From an uncultured bacterium (GTDB taxonomy: Bacteria; Patescibacteriota; Minisyncoccia; CAIUEV01), in NCBI GenBank assembly GCA_937952315.1, contig CALFZX010000016.1:14969-78968 (forward strand): a stretch of DNA of 64,000 bases. Reading direction: 5' to 3'. Positions 19,775 through 29,617 of the stretch are shown in pieces; position 1 is the stretch's first letter; each line of letters opens with the position of its first letter. The translations under genes and the position numbers were made by a program. The notes beneath the pieces are model-generated. The model saw only the letters and a list, made by a program, of their open reading frames with translations, searched no databases and had not been told where the DNA came from.

Positions 19775-20968
19775 ATGAATCTTGCCGGAGTTGAGCTAAA
19801 AGGGAAAAAAATCAATAAAATCAAAGTAGCTTTGGTCCATGATTATTTGGTTGAATACGGCGGAGCGGAAAGAGTTTTGGAGTGTTTTTCTCAAATTTTT
19901 CCCGACGCGCCTATCTATACTTTGATTTACGATAAAAAACTGGCTAATCGAATTTTGCCGGGAAAGACAATCAGGGGGTCATTCTTGCAAAAAATACCTT
20001 TTTCTAAATCTTTTCATCGCCTTTTTCCCTTGCTAATGCCGACGGCGATTGAAGATTTTGATTTAAATTACTACGATTTGGTTCTCTCCGATTCGGCCAG
20101 TTTCGCCAAAGGAGTGATTACCTCTCCCTCCACCAAGCATATTTGTTATTGTCACACCCCCACTCGCTATGTTTGGGATGACTGCCACAAATATGTTAGG
20201 GAATTTTCTTACCCTCTTTCCTTACGGCAACTGATTCCTTTCGGTCTTAATTATGTGAGAATTTGGGATCGTCTGGCTTCGTTGAGAGTGGACGAATATA
20301 TCGCCAATTCAAAATTAGTGGCCGATAGATTGAAAAAATATTATAAAAGAGAATCGGAAGTTATAAACCCCCCGGTTTTTATTGAAGAGTTGCTTTCACC
20401 GCAGGATCAGAAAAAAAGAGGACTTTATTTTGAAAAGAGTAAATTTTCTTCTCAAAAAAAAGGCTACTATTTGATGTTGGGAAGATTGATGTCCTATAAA
20501 AAATTTGATTTGGGGATCAAGGCCTTTAACAAGCTAGGCCTGCCTTTAAAAATTGTCGGTGGAGGGCCGGAATTAAATCATTTAAAGAAAATAGCCTCTC
20601 CGAATATTGAATTCACCGGTTCTTTGCCACCGAGGGACAGCAGAGTGGCGGAATATTTTGCCGGAGCTAAAGCTTTAATTTTTCCTCAAGAGGAGGATTT
20701 CGGCATTGTCGCTCTGGAATCTATGATAAGTGGAAAACCGGTTATCGCTTATCGGGCAGGTGGCGCCTTGGAAGCGGTAAAAGAAAATTTCACCGGCTTA
20801 TTTTTTGATCGGCAAAATGTGGAAAGTCTAATCGAGGTAGTGAATGATTTTGAGGAGAAATCAAGAAAAAATATTTTTGAAGCGGAAAAAATTCATCAAT
20901 TTGCCTTAGGTTTTCGCAAGGAAATTTTTATGCAAAAAATAGTCGATTTTCTGGAGGCTAGAATCTAG
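19775..20968 (+). CDS. glycosyltransferase family 4 (GT-B, group 1)
   Basis: C-terminal donor-binding region EDFGIVALESMISGKPVIAYRAGGALEAV matches the GT4 E-x7-E-like motif. Confidence 0.7.
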   Translation: MNLAGVELKGKKINKIKVALVHDYLVEYGGAERVLECFSQIFPDAPIYTLIYDKKLANRILPGKTIRGSFLQKIPFSKSFHRLFPLLMPTAIEDFDLNYYDLVLSDSASFAKGVITSPSTKHICYCHTPTRYVWDDCHKYVREFSYPLSLRQLIPFGLNYVRIWDRLASLRVDEYIANSKLVADRLKKYYKRESEVINPPVFIEELLSPQDQKKRGLYFEKSKFSSQKKGYYLMLGRLMSYKKFDLGIKAFNKLGLPLKIVGGGPELNHLKKIASPNIEFTGSLPPRDSRVAEYFAGAKALIFPQEEDFGIVALESMISGKPVIAYRAGGALEAVKENFTGLFFDRQNVESLIEVVNDFEEKSRKNIFEAEKIHQFALGFRKEIFMQKIVDFLEARI

Positions 20969-20983
20969 AGACCCCTGCCAGCA

Positions 20984-23101
20984 TTAGTCTCCTCCACCAC
21001 TCATAAGTAGGGCCCTTTTCTCCTCTCGACTGAGATTGCTATTTTTATTTTCGTTCTTTTTACTCTTTTTATTATCATTTTGATTGCCGTTTTCATTCTC
21101 GTTGTCCAGTTGGAGCTGTTTGCGAATATTATTGCTTGAGTTGACTTCCTGCGGATTTAAGTTGTCGTTATCCGCCTTGAGAAATTCCCTTAATCGATCG
21201 GCGTGCATTTTATAATCCGCTTTTTCTTTGTCGGTGGCCTCCTCGGTCGGTGAAATATTGTAGTAGTCGAAGAGAAACTCTAGCACCTGTCTGGCGATAG
21301 GTGAAGATGAATCGGAGGAGTATTCAACGGCCTTGACTTTGTCCAGTTTAACCAAAATAACAAATCGCGGATCGTTCATAGGAGCACCGGCAATAAAGCT
21401 GTGAATCAAATCTTTTGAATAGCCTCCGCCGTTAGGATCGGGTAATTGAGCGGTCCCGGTCTTGCCCCCGATCAGATAACCCGGAACAGCCGCTTTTATG
21501 CTCCAACCGTTTTTGGCGACCGAAACTAACATCGCTTTGATTTTTTTTGAAGCGACTTCACTGATGACTCGGCGAATCTCCTTCGGCGGAATTTCGATTT
21601 CTTCACCATCATTTTTTATCACCTTTTCAACAATTTGAGGTTTCATCAGGACTCCGCCGTTAATTATAGCGGAAAAAGCCGACACCATTTGGAGAGGAGT
21701 GGCGGCGACTCCCTGCCCGAAAGCGGCGGTGGCAAAATTTAAATCTTTCATATTTGCCAAATTTTTAATATCTCCTTTGGCCTCACCGATCAACTCTATG
21801 CCCAAAGTTTCCCCAAAGCCAAAATTTTTCAGCTGTTCGTAGAATTTTTCTTTCCCTACGCTTTGCTGAGCAAAGATGGCGCCAGTGTTTAACGACAAAT
21901 CGAGAGCGGTAGTCATCGGAATGTAACCTCGACCTTTTCCGTCAAAATTATGCAGAGTATAGCCGGACATAGAGATCGATCCGCGATCCGTGTACATTGT
22001 TTCGGGTTGAATTTTGCCGGCATCGAGGGCAATCGCATAGGTCATAGGTTTCATTATTGATCCCGGTTCATACTGATCTTGAATGCATTTATTCTGAAAG
22101 AGAGACGCGTCTTTCACTTGACTGTAGTCCTCGTTGTTGTAGGAAGGATAGTTGGCCATTGCTAGGATTCTTCCGGTTTTTGGCTCCATAATTAAAATAT
22201 TGCCACTTTCCGCTTCAAATTTTTGAACCGCCTCTTCCAATTTTCTTTCGGTGAAATATTGAACCGATTGATCAATAGTCAAAATCAAACCGTCGCCATC
22301 CTCAGCTTTTTCCAAGGTTCGCATGCCGATAGAAATCCAGCGGCCGCTAGTATCTTTTTCCGCTTTAAGAAATCCTCCTTTGCCTTTCAGAGTGGCGTCA
22401 AAATAGCCTTCGATCCCGTATTGACCGATTTTTTCTTCCCCCTTGTAGCCGATAAAGCCGATTATTTGAGAAGCCAAAGGGCTGCCGGGATAAGTTCTCC
22501 AATATTCCGGCACCAGCTCCACGCCCTTTAGACCTTTTTCTCGAATTTTCAAGCTTTCTTCGTCGGACAGCTTTCTCTTAAGCACCTCGTATAAATCTTC
22601 TCGGTTTTTCTCTATTTTGGATTTGATTTCTTCTTTGGGAATATTGATGATCGAAGCCAATGTTTCGGCCGTGCTTTCAATATTGATAATATTTTTAGGA
22701 ATAAGAATAAGGGAATCTTTCTCCTCGTTGACGGCCGCCGGATAAGTTTTTCCTTTATTCTGAAGATAGATTTCGCCTCTTTTTGGGGCTAATTCTTCAT
22801 AGTATTGATGTTGATTTTTTGCTTTCTCGGTGAATATTTCATGGCTGGAAACCTGAAGAAAAAATAGACGATTAAAAATGGCTCCAACGGCGATAAAAAC
22901 GAAAATAAACCAAAGCCAAAAACGCCAACGACTGGCTTCGCGGATACTTTCCGGTCTGCAAGTGATGATTCTTCCCTGTCGGCAATTCGAATTTCTGATT
23001 TGTTTCATCATCCTTGGATTTTGACCGACATTTCTTGTGATGGAAAAGTCTCTTCCGGGAGAGGTTCTCCGTTGGTCCATTGTCGGATAGCGATTGATCA
23101 T
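20984..23101 (-). CDS. penicillin-binding protein 2 / peptidoglycan D,D-transpeptidase with N-rich disordered C-terminal tail
   Basis: N-terminal TM, SxxK (GSIMKP), SxN (SLN) and KTGT (GGKTGTA) transpeptidase motifs. Low-complexity N/K/E tail of ~100 aa. Confidence 0.85.
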   Translation of the reverse strand: MINRYPTMDQRRTSPGRDFSITRNVGQNPRMMKQIRNSNCRQGRIITCRPESIREASRWRFWLWFIFVFIAVGAIFNRLFFLQVSSHEIFTEKAKNQHQYYEELAPKRGEIYLQNKGKTYPAAVNEEKDSLILIPKNIINIESTAETLASIINIPKEEIKSKIEKNREDLYEVLKRKLSDEESLKIREKGLKGVELVPEYWRTYPGSPLASQIIGFIGYKGEEKIGQYGIEGYFDATLKGKGGFLKAEKDTSGRWISIGMRTLEKAEDGDGLILTIDQSVQYFTERKLEEAVQKFEAESGNILIMEPKTGRILAMANYPSYNNEDYSQVKDASLFQNKCIQDQYEPGSIMKPMTYAIALDAGKIQPETMYTDRGSISMSGYTLHNFDGKGRGYIPMTTALDLSLNTGAIFAQQSVGKEKFYEQLKNFGFGETLGIELIGEAKGDIKNLANMKDLNFATAAFGQGVAATPLQMVSAFSAIINGGVLMKPQIVEKVIKNDGEEIEIPPKEIRRVISEVASKKIKAMLVSVAKNGWSIKAAVPGYLIGGKTGTAQLPDPNGGGYSKDLIHSFIAGAPMNDPRFVILVKLDKVKAVEYSSDSSSPIARQVLEFLFDYYNISPTEEATDKEKADYKMHADRLREFLKADNDNLNPQEVNSSNNIRKQLQLDNENENGNQNDNKKSKKNENKNSNLSREEKRALLMSGGGD

Positions 23102-23114
23102 TTGACTCGCTTAA

Positions 23115-23504
23115 TTATTTCATTGTATCTAGCAAATTTATGATTGGGGTATCGCCCATCGTGCACTTCCCTTCTTTATAGAGAAGAGGGACGCCGGCGC
23201 TCATCGCTGATAATTTACATTTTTCGGCAATTTGCTGAAAAACTTTCAGATTCTCCTTATTGCCACTAATCTCGATTTTTTTTATTTTTAATCTTTCATC
23301 AAGCCCCCCGTTTTCTTCGAAGTATTTTTCCACATTCTTGCAGTGCGGACAGGTTTCACTCCAGAAAAAAAGCGTTTGAGAATCATCAATCGTTTGAGGC
23401 GGTTGATCGGAGGAGGGCGGTAACTCGTTTTGATTTTTTGTGCAACCGGTTAGGCCGATCAGAATGAAGAAAATAGTTAATGGAAACCAGATAGTTTTTT
23501 TCAT
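23115..23504 (-). CDS. lipoprotein, thioredoxin-fold thiol-disulfide oxidoreductase-like
   Basis: Signal peptide plus lipobox LTGC, and a CPHC active-site motif (WSETCPHCKNV). Confidence 0.55.
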   Translation of the reverse strand: MKKTIWFPLTIFFILIGLTGCTKNQNELPPSSDQPPQTIDDSQTLFFWSETCPHCKNVEKYFEENGGLDERLKIKKIEISGNKENLKVFQQIAEKCKLSAMSAGVPLLYKEGKCTMGDTPIINLLDTMK

Positions 23505-23646
23505 TTCTATTCTTTAAAGATTAAGATAAAGGCACTCAATAATAATAAAACAATAATTTAAAATTTCTAAAATTTTTTTTGGCTCAAAATAAAAAAAATC
23601 GCTATTATTTTTTTAGAGGAATTTTTTATCAATAAAATTTTTTAAA

Positions 23647-24666
23647 GTGAAGAAGTTTTATGTTTTTATTCTAGTCGTTCTGTTTTTATTAATGGCCGGC
23701 TATCTTCTGGTAAAAAATAAGATTTCCGGTCGTGCCGGGAATTCTTCGGTAGTGCAAGAGATTTCGATAAAGGAAGGTGAAGGGGTCAACGCTATCGCAA
23801 CAAAGCTGCAAACAGGCGGAATAATTTCCCATCGAATTTGGTTTGAACTTTATATTTGGTCTAAAGATAAAGAAAATAAAATTGCGGCCGGTAACTATGA
23901 ATTAAGACCGAATATGACTATTCCGGAGATCGTGGACACCCTGACAACGACCGGAAAGGCGAAAAGTGAAGACGATTTTATCACCATTATCGAAGGTTGG
24001 AACAATCGAGAAATTGGTGAATATCTGGCCGAGCAGGGCATAGCCGGCAAGGAAGAATTTTTAGAAGAAACAAAAGCGGTGGAAAAATATAAAACACACT
24101 TTTCTTTTTTGCAGGATTTACCAAAAAATAGAGATCTCGAAGGTTATTTGTTCCCCGACACTTACGGGGTAATTAAGGGTAAAACAACTGTCGCTCAATT
24201 GGTTTATAAAATGCTGTTGAATTTTGATCAAAAATTGGTTGATTCGATGAGAGAAGATCTCAAAAAAAGCGGTCATTCCCTTGACGATATTATTAAGATG
24301 GCCAGCGTGATTGAACTTGAAGTGCCCCAAGAAAAGGAGAGAAAAATTGTCTCGGGAATTTTTTGGAATCGCATTGAAGGTAAGATGCCTTTAGAGTCTT
24401 GCGCCACTATCGGTTACATTACGGGGGTGAAGAAGAAGCAGTATTCTTTCGAGGATACTCGGGTGGACTCTCCTTATAATACTTATTTAAACAGAGATTT
24501 GCCCTTTGGACCGATTGGGAATCCGGGACTGTCGGCCATTAAGGCAGCTCTTTATCCTCAAGAAACCGATTTTGTCTACTTCTTGTCCGATGTTGCAACG
24601 GGAGAGACTGTCTTTGCCAAGACCCTGGACGAGCATGTCAAAAATAAAAGAGATCATGGTTTATAG
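23647..24666 (+). CDS. mltG: endolytic murein transglycosylase MltG (YceG family)
   Basis: N-terminal TM, then YceG-like region (IIEGWNNREIGEYLAEQG...GYLFPDTY...PLESCATIGY...SPYNTYLNRDLPFGPIGNPG). Confidence 0.8.
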   Translation: MKKFYVFILVVLFLLMAGYLLVKNKISGRAGNSSVVQEISIKEGEGVNAIATKLQTGGIISHRIWFELYIWSKDKENKIAAGNYELRPNMTIPEIVDTLTTTGKAKSEDDFITIIEGWNNREIGEYLAEQGIAGKEEFLEETKAVEKYKTHFSFLQDLPKNRDLEGYLFPDTYGVIKGKTTVAQLVYKMLLNFDQKLVDSMREDLKKSGHSLDDIIKMASVIELEVPQEKERKIVSGIFWNRIEGKMPLESCATIGYITGVKKKQYSFEDTRVDSPYNTYLNRDLPFGPIGNPGLSAIKAALYPQETDFVYFLSDVATGETVFAKTLDEHVKNKRDHGL

Positions 24667-24690
24667 CTAATCAGTAATGTAAAAATCAAT

Positions 24691-25287
24691 ATGATTATTT
24701 CCATCTCCGGTTTGCCCGGGTCGGGTAAAAGCACGGTAGCGAAAATTATAGCGAAGAAATTAGGCTTTGAAAGAATCTATATGGGAGGAATATTAAGAAA
24801 TATTGCCGACCAGCGAGGGCTGACGATCTTGGAATTGCTCAAGGAAGCGGAGACCAATTCCAGTATCGATGAAGATGCCGACAAGATGGTGACCGATTTG
24901 GGCCGGACTAAAGATAATTTTATTATTGAAAGCCGAACGGCCTTTTATTTTATTCCTGACTCTTTTAAGATTTTTGTCCAGGTTTCTCCCGACGAAGGGG
25001 CAAGAAGGATTTATGGTGATTTAAAAAAGGAGGAGCGCAAGAACGAGGAAAAGGCGAAGAGCCTTGAAGGCCTGAAACAAAAATTAAAAGAAAGAGTAGA
25101 AACGGACAGCTTAAGATACGAAAAATATTACGGCATAGATTTTTTGGACAAAGCCAATTATGATTTGGTTATTGACAGCACGGATATTTCGGCGGACGCG
25201 GTGGCGGAAAGAATTTTGATTGAGTTTGAGAAATGGAGCAAGGAAGAGCAAGGGGGCCGGCGGCAAGAACCGGAGGAAAAGTTCTAA
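24691..25287 (+). CDS. cmk: cytidylate kinase, short archaeal-type
   Basis: P-loop ISGLPGSGKSTVAKIIAKKLG, ~190 aa, and a C-terminal YEKYYGIDFLDKANYDLVIDST motif typical of short CMP kinases. Confidence 0.65.
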   Translation: MIISISGLPGSGKSTVAKIIAKKLGFERIYMGGILRNIADQRGLTILELLKEAETNSSIDEDADKMVTDLGRTKDNFIIESRTAFYFIPDSFKIFVQVSPDEGARRIYGDLKKEERKNEEKAKSLEGLKQKLKERVETDSLRYEKYYGIDFLDKANYDLVIDSTDISADAVAERILIEFEKWSKEEQGGRRQEPEEKF

Positions 25288-25304
25288 TTTTGATAATTTT
25301 TCAT

Positions 25305-26333
25305 ATGTCAAACAGGAATTTAATCAAATCAATAATATTCTTAGCGCTGATATTCGCCACTTCCTCTGTTCACGCTTGGATCGAACCGACGACCGTTCCA
25401 CCCGGTAACAATATTTACGCACCTCTTAATACTTCTTCCTTCGGCCAAAGTAAAATCGGCGGATTGATATTAAACATTGGAAACGCCGCGCACGGTTTAA
25501 TTGTCAGATACGGACTAGTGGGGATTGGCACAGACAGTCCCGAATCCGAACTGGATGTTAGAGGAGAAACCAAAACGGATAGTCTGACAGTGAGAGGGGC
25601 GACAACATTTAACGGCAATTTGACTGTAGCCGGATCAGTAGCTTCAACCGGAAATATATCCACCCAAAATAGTGTTTGTATTAAAGGTGATTACAAATCC
25701 GCTTGGCCTATGGCTAGCAACGACACTCTTCAAACCGTTACCGCAAGAGGAAATACCAGTAATGGAGCCGTTAACATTAATGGGGATTTAAGTTTTAATG
25801 GTGTGCTTTCCACCCCTAATAGAATGCACATTAACGGCCAAGAAGATCTTTATATTTTGAACAAAGGAACTACTCATATCAGTAAGGCTTGAGGTGGAAC
25901 CGGAAATCTAGCGGTAGAGGGAAATTTATGTGTTGGTGGTGACTGTAGAAATAACTGGTGCCCAAATGGTTATATGAGTATTTGGAAAAGTGATGGCCCT
26001 GGAACAATCAGAGAGGCTTGCTTTGATAAAAATGCTGGTATTAGCTGCTCTAATGGTGAAATAACCGTGATAGTCCCTTATCATGAGGCAAAATATATCA
26101 ATGGTGAGAAATATACAAGGGCTAAAATATATCCTGGCGGATATACAGGTGGACCCGGTTGTGATTCGGGCTATGTCAAAGGAACAAGTGCCCAGTGTTC
26201 AATGTGGGTTTTTTATCCAAATGGAACTTTCACAGTTTATTCGAACTGGAATTCTTCTCCTTTGGGCGGCATTGTCGGCAGATGGTCACATCCTTGGTGG
26301 GGCAATCAGGAAAGTTGCTCGTCAAGCTTCTAG
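25305..26333 (+). pseudogene. paralog A of a secreted protein family, interrupted by one in-frame TGA (25890-25892) at a conserved Trp codon
   Basis: One frame is open from ATG 25305 to TAG 26333 except for TGA at 25890. The translation ...TTHISKA*GGTGNLAVEGNLCVGGDC aligns with ...RVSRAWGGTGNLSVEG (paralog B) and ...RVSKAWGGTGNLAVEG (paralog C), which use TGG there. The N-terminal ~165 nt is ~95% identical to paralog B. Confidence 0.7.
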
Positions 26334-26337
26334 TTTT

Positions 26338-27486
26338 TTATTGGGTAATTTCTCTGTAAATTTGTTCATATTTCTCTAGGGTTTTTTTCGAATTAAATTT
26401 CGCTTCCACCCAACATCTCATTTCTTCTTTTTCAATTTTACTTTTGAGGATTTTCTTGATTTTAACGGAAAAATCTTTTTCTTCTTTGATGTCAAAAACG
26501 AATTGTTTTAAATATTTTTCATTGCCGGACCAAATTTCCGGTAAGGCACCAATATCGCTGGTTAAAATTGGGGTGCCACAGGCTAGTGACTCAAGCAGCA
26601 CGAAGGGGAAATCGAATTTTCCGTCCATTTTTTTCGCGGGAAAAACGGTCAAGTCGGCCAGCTGATACATTCTTTCCGGTCTTTCAATCTTGCCCAAAAA
26701 AATAACGTCCTCAGCATAAGCGCTCAAACTAACCAGTTTTTTGAATTTTTCTTCTTTAATTCTGTCCTCCTTGCTTTTGATACGGCAGGCTACAATCAAT
26801 CGATAGCTTCTCCCAGATTCGGAATTTTCTTTGTTTTTCCTTGCTTCGGATTGTTTGAGCTTAACAAATGTCTTCCACAGCAAACCCATGGCGTCAAGCC
26901 GAGAATATTCTCCGGGGTAAAGAAGCGCTATGTCCTTTGTTTTTATTCCGAATTTCCTTCTCAATTCCTGTTTCAATTTTTGAGAAATCGGCCGAAAGTG
27001 TTTCGAATCAATAAACGGAGGAATAATGGAAACATTTTTTTGCTTAATTCTACCGGCCGTATGCTTTGAATAGACAACAGCCTTGTCGCCAAACAGTAAA
27101 TCTCCGCCCTCTTTTTTCGGGGGGCAAGCCAGATTGTGTATTATTTTTATATTTGATTTTTTCAGGATAGTTTTCAGAATCAAGCTGTTGATTGGCGTTG
27201 GGGCAAAGAGCAAGTGGACTATATTGATTTCTGGATTGTCAGTTAAAATTTTTCTCAAGGAAAAAAGAAGTTTCAAGCGCTGTTTTAAATTCCATTCCGA
27301 CCCTTTGTAGATCAAATGTTGAGTAATATTTTTAGGCAAAGACGGATCGTATTCCCCCACTAAAATATGGAATTTCAGACCCTCAATCTGAGTGGCTAAA
27401 AAATAAGCCAGGTTTTTGCTCGCTTCATCCCACGGTGGCGTTAAGGGCCGAGTGACCATCAAAATTTCCGGAATTTTATTTGGCAT
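26338..27486 (-). CDS. glycosyltransferase family 4 (GT-B)
   Basis: C-terminal FPFVLLESLACGTPILTSDIGALPEI donor-binding motif. 382 aa. Confidence 0.65.
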   Translation of the reverse strand: MPNKIPEILMVTRPLTPPWDEASKNLAYFLATQIEGLKFHILVGEYDPSLPKNITQHLIYKGSEWNLKQRLKLLFSLRKILTDNPEINIVHLLFAPTPINSLILKTILKKSNIKIIHNLACPPKKEGGDLLFGDKAVVYSKHTAGRIKQKNVSIIPPFIDSKHFRPISQKLKQELRRKFGIKTKDIALLYPGEYSRLDAMGLLWKTFVKLKQSEARKNKENSESGRSYRLIVACRIKSKEDRIKEEKFKKLVSLSAYAEDVIFLGKIERPERMYQLADLTVFPAKKMDGKFDFPFVLLESLACGTPILTSDIGALPEIWSGNEKYLKQFVFDIKEEKDFSVKIKKILKSKIEKEEMRCWVEAKFNSKKTLEKYEQIYREITQ

Positions 27487-27596
27487 TAATTTTTTTTCAT
27501 AAAATCTATTTTTAGTGTATATTATTTTTATGAAAAAAAGAATTGTTAATTACTTCTCAATAAATCTAAAATTTATTAATTAAAAATCTTAATATT

Positions 27597-29060
27597 ATGT
27601 TTATCCGAGTTAAGATTTGCTCTTTACTAGTAACAATCGGTGTGATTATTTTTTTATGCTCTCCCGCTCACGCTTGGATCGAACCGACGACCGTTCCACC
27701 CGGCAACAATATTTACGCACCTCTTAATACTTCTTCCTTCGGTCAAAGTAAAATCGGCGGATTGATATTAAACATTGGAAACGCCGCACACGGTTTAATC
27801 GTCAGATACGGATTAGTGGGTATTGGTACGGATAATCCGCAGGCAGCCTTGGATGTGGTGGGAAAAGTCAGAAGCACCGGTCTTGAAGTTAACTCAACGA
27901 CGGAAGGAGCCTTATTGCCCCGAATGAATACGAACCAAAGAAATGATATTACCAATAAGGTGGAAGGATTGCTTATTTACAATACGGAAACCAAACAATT
28001 GGAGGTTTACGCTGACGGAGCGTGGAAGGCCAGTAGCGGTGGCGGTGATAGCTTACCGAAAGGTACCATCGCTTTTTTTAATCTTTCCTCTTGTCCTTCC
28101 GGCTGGGCGGAAAAAACAGAACTTAAAGGCAGATATCCCGTCGGCCTGCCCACCGCCGGCACACTCGGTCAGTCGGTCGGTACCGCTTTGACGAACGGAG
28201 AGAATCGCGCAGTGGGCCAACACAGTCATGGAGTGACAGACCCGGGACATAGTCATAATCTGATGGGACAGGATGGAACGTTCGGACCGGGAACCTATGG
28301 GCATTTTATTTGGAATAACGGTCCCTGGTCTTCTGGACGAATTTCAACTTCTACAACCGGAATTTCCATTCAAAATTCTGGTTCTGTCGCGGGCACCAAT
28401 GCCCCCTATCTGCAACTTTTAGCCTGTGAAAAATTAACGACGGCTACCGCTGGCGGTGGCACTTCAACGACGAATGGAGGTTTTTGGCAGAATAATGGAA
28501 CGAGCATCTACTACAATGATGGGAATGTGGGGGTGGGAACCAGCACGCCAACGCAGAAAATGGAAGTGGCGGGGAATGTCAAAGCTTCCGGTGTTTGCAT
28601 CGGCAATGATTGCAAGTCTGCCTGGCCGACAATAACGACCGCTGACACCCTTCAAACCGTGACCGCCCGAGGGAACACTAGTAATGGATCGGTGAATATC
28701 AACGGAGATTTGAGTTTTAACAGTACTCTTTCAACCCCAGGCCGTATGCATATTAACGGTCAAGAAGACTTATACATTTTAAATAAAGGAACTACTCGTG
28801 TTAGTCGTGCCTGGGGCGGAACAGGAAACCTTTCGGTTGAGGGAAGTCTTTGTTTGGGCGGAGATTGTCGTTCTAGCTGGAATATGCCAAAAAGACATTG
28901 TTTTTGGGCCAGCACAAACAGAGCATCCGCCACTGCTAATTTTGCCGTGCAATGTCCCAACAATTACCACTCAACGGGGGTTTCTGAAAGCACGCAATCC
29001 TGTGACCCTTGTACCGGAATCTGTAGTTTCATTGTGTCCGTTCTTTGTTGCAACGATTAA
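27597..29060 (+). CDS. paralog B: secreted protein with shared N-terminal module, phage tail-collar (MdpB-like) domain, Cys-rich C-terminus
   Basis: Signal peptide ...CSPAHA|WIEPTTVPPGNNIYAPLNTSSFGQSKIGGLILNIGNAAHGLIVRYGLVGIGTDNP. The central segment PKGTIAFFNLSSCPSGWAEKTELKGRYPVGLP...QHSHGVTDPGHSHNL matches the tail-collar consensus. Also carries the conserved block DTLQTVTARGNTSNGSVNINGDLSFN...GRMHINGQEDLYILNKGTT. Confidence 0.6.
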   Translation: MFIRVKICSLLVTIGVIIFLCSPAHAWIEPTTVPPGNNIYAPLNTSSFGQSKIGGLILNIGNAAHGLIVRYGLVGIGTDNPQAALDVVGKVRSTGLEVNSTTEGALLPRMNTNQRNDITNKVEGLLIYNTETKQLEVYADGAWKASSGGGDSLPKGTIAFFNLSSCPSGWAEKTELKGRYPVGLPTAGTLGQSVGTALTNGENRAVGQHSHGVTDPGHSHNLMGQDGTFGPGTYGHFIWNNGPWSSGRISTSTTGISIQNSGSVAGTNAPYLQLLACEKLTTATAGGGTSTTNGGFWQNNGTSIYYNDGNVGVGTSTPTQKMEVAGNVKASGVCIGNDCKSAWPTITTADTLQTVTARGNTSNGSVNINGDLSFNSTLSTPGRMHINGQEDLYILNKGTTRVSRAWGGTGNLSVEGSLCLGGDCRSSWNMPKRHCFWASTNRASATANFAVQCPNNYHSTGVSESTQSCDPCTGICSFIVSVLCCND

Positions 29061-29077
29061 AAATTAAAAAATAAAAA

Positions 29078-29608
29078 ATGGAAAACAAAAAAATAATTTT
29101 CCTTAACGCAGTCTTTTCTTTCTTGATGTTTTTAATGGCTATTGGCTACTTTGAATTAAGGACCATTAATTTTTTGAAAAAAAATAATCCAACAAACAAT
29201 CCTATTTCCCAAAATAATATTTTAGAGCAAGCATCTTTAACCAATCCAAACAATGAAGATCCAAAGAACCAAGAGCCGGAACCGATCTATGAAGAGCCGA
29301 AAGATCTCTCTTACAGTGGAAGTCAAGTGCCCGGATTCGCTTCAGGAGAAATTGTTTCTGTCAGTGAAGAAGAATTCGTTTTAAAACAATCGGCCAGCAT
29401 TGATTTAAGATATCAAGTTTTCAAAAAAGATGTTGAAAAAATCACAGAGATTGTTGTTATCGGTTCAAGGGATGACCCAAAAAAAGAGCCGAGAACCGAA
29501 GAAAAAACTTCTGACTGGAGCAACATAAAGGTTGGATCAAAAATAAATATGCGTTTGGACGAAAATCAAAAAAGAATTGTTTCGATTGTCACTTTTAAGG
29601 CCGAATAA
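29078..29608 (+). CDS. hypothetical protein with N-terminal TM anchor
   Basis: 176-aa ORF with a hydrophobic N-terminus (IIFLNAVFSFLMFLMAIGYF). No recognisable family. Confidence 0.35.
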   Translation: MENKKIIFLNAVFSFLMFLMAIGYFELRTINFLKKNNPTNNPISQNNILEQASLTNPNNEDPKNQEPEPIYEEPKDLSYSGSQVPGFASGEIVSVSEEEFVLKQSASIDLRYQVFKKDVEKITEIVVIGSRDDPKKEPRTEEKTSDWSNIKVGSKINMRLDENQKRIVSIVTFKAE

Positions 29609-29617
29609 AGTCATTCT

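Noticed and set aside
25887-25895. Genetic-code reassignment (UGA=Trp or Gly) as the explanation for the in-frame TGA
   Set aside because: Long conserved genes (tuf, eno, glyQS, PBP2, lepA, argS) are intact with TGG for Trp and no internal TGA. TGA terminates at least one gene (221-223).
25305-29060. Diversity-generating retroelement (template/variable repeat pair) as an explanation for the near-identical segments in paralogs A and B
   Set aside because: The identical stretches are in the N-terminal anchoring module, not in a C-terminal variable region. The mismatches are not adenine-specific. No reverse transcriptase is nearby.
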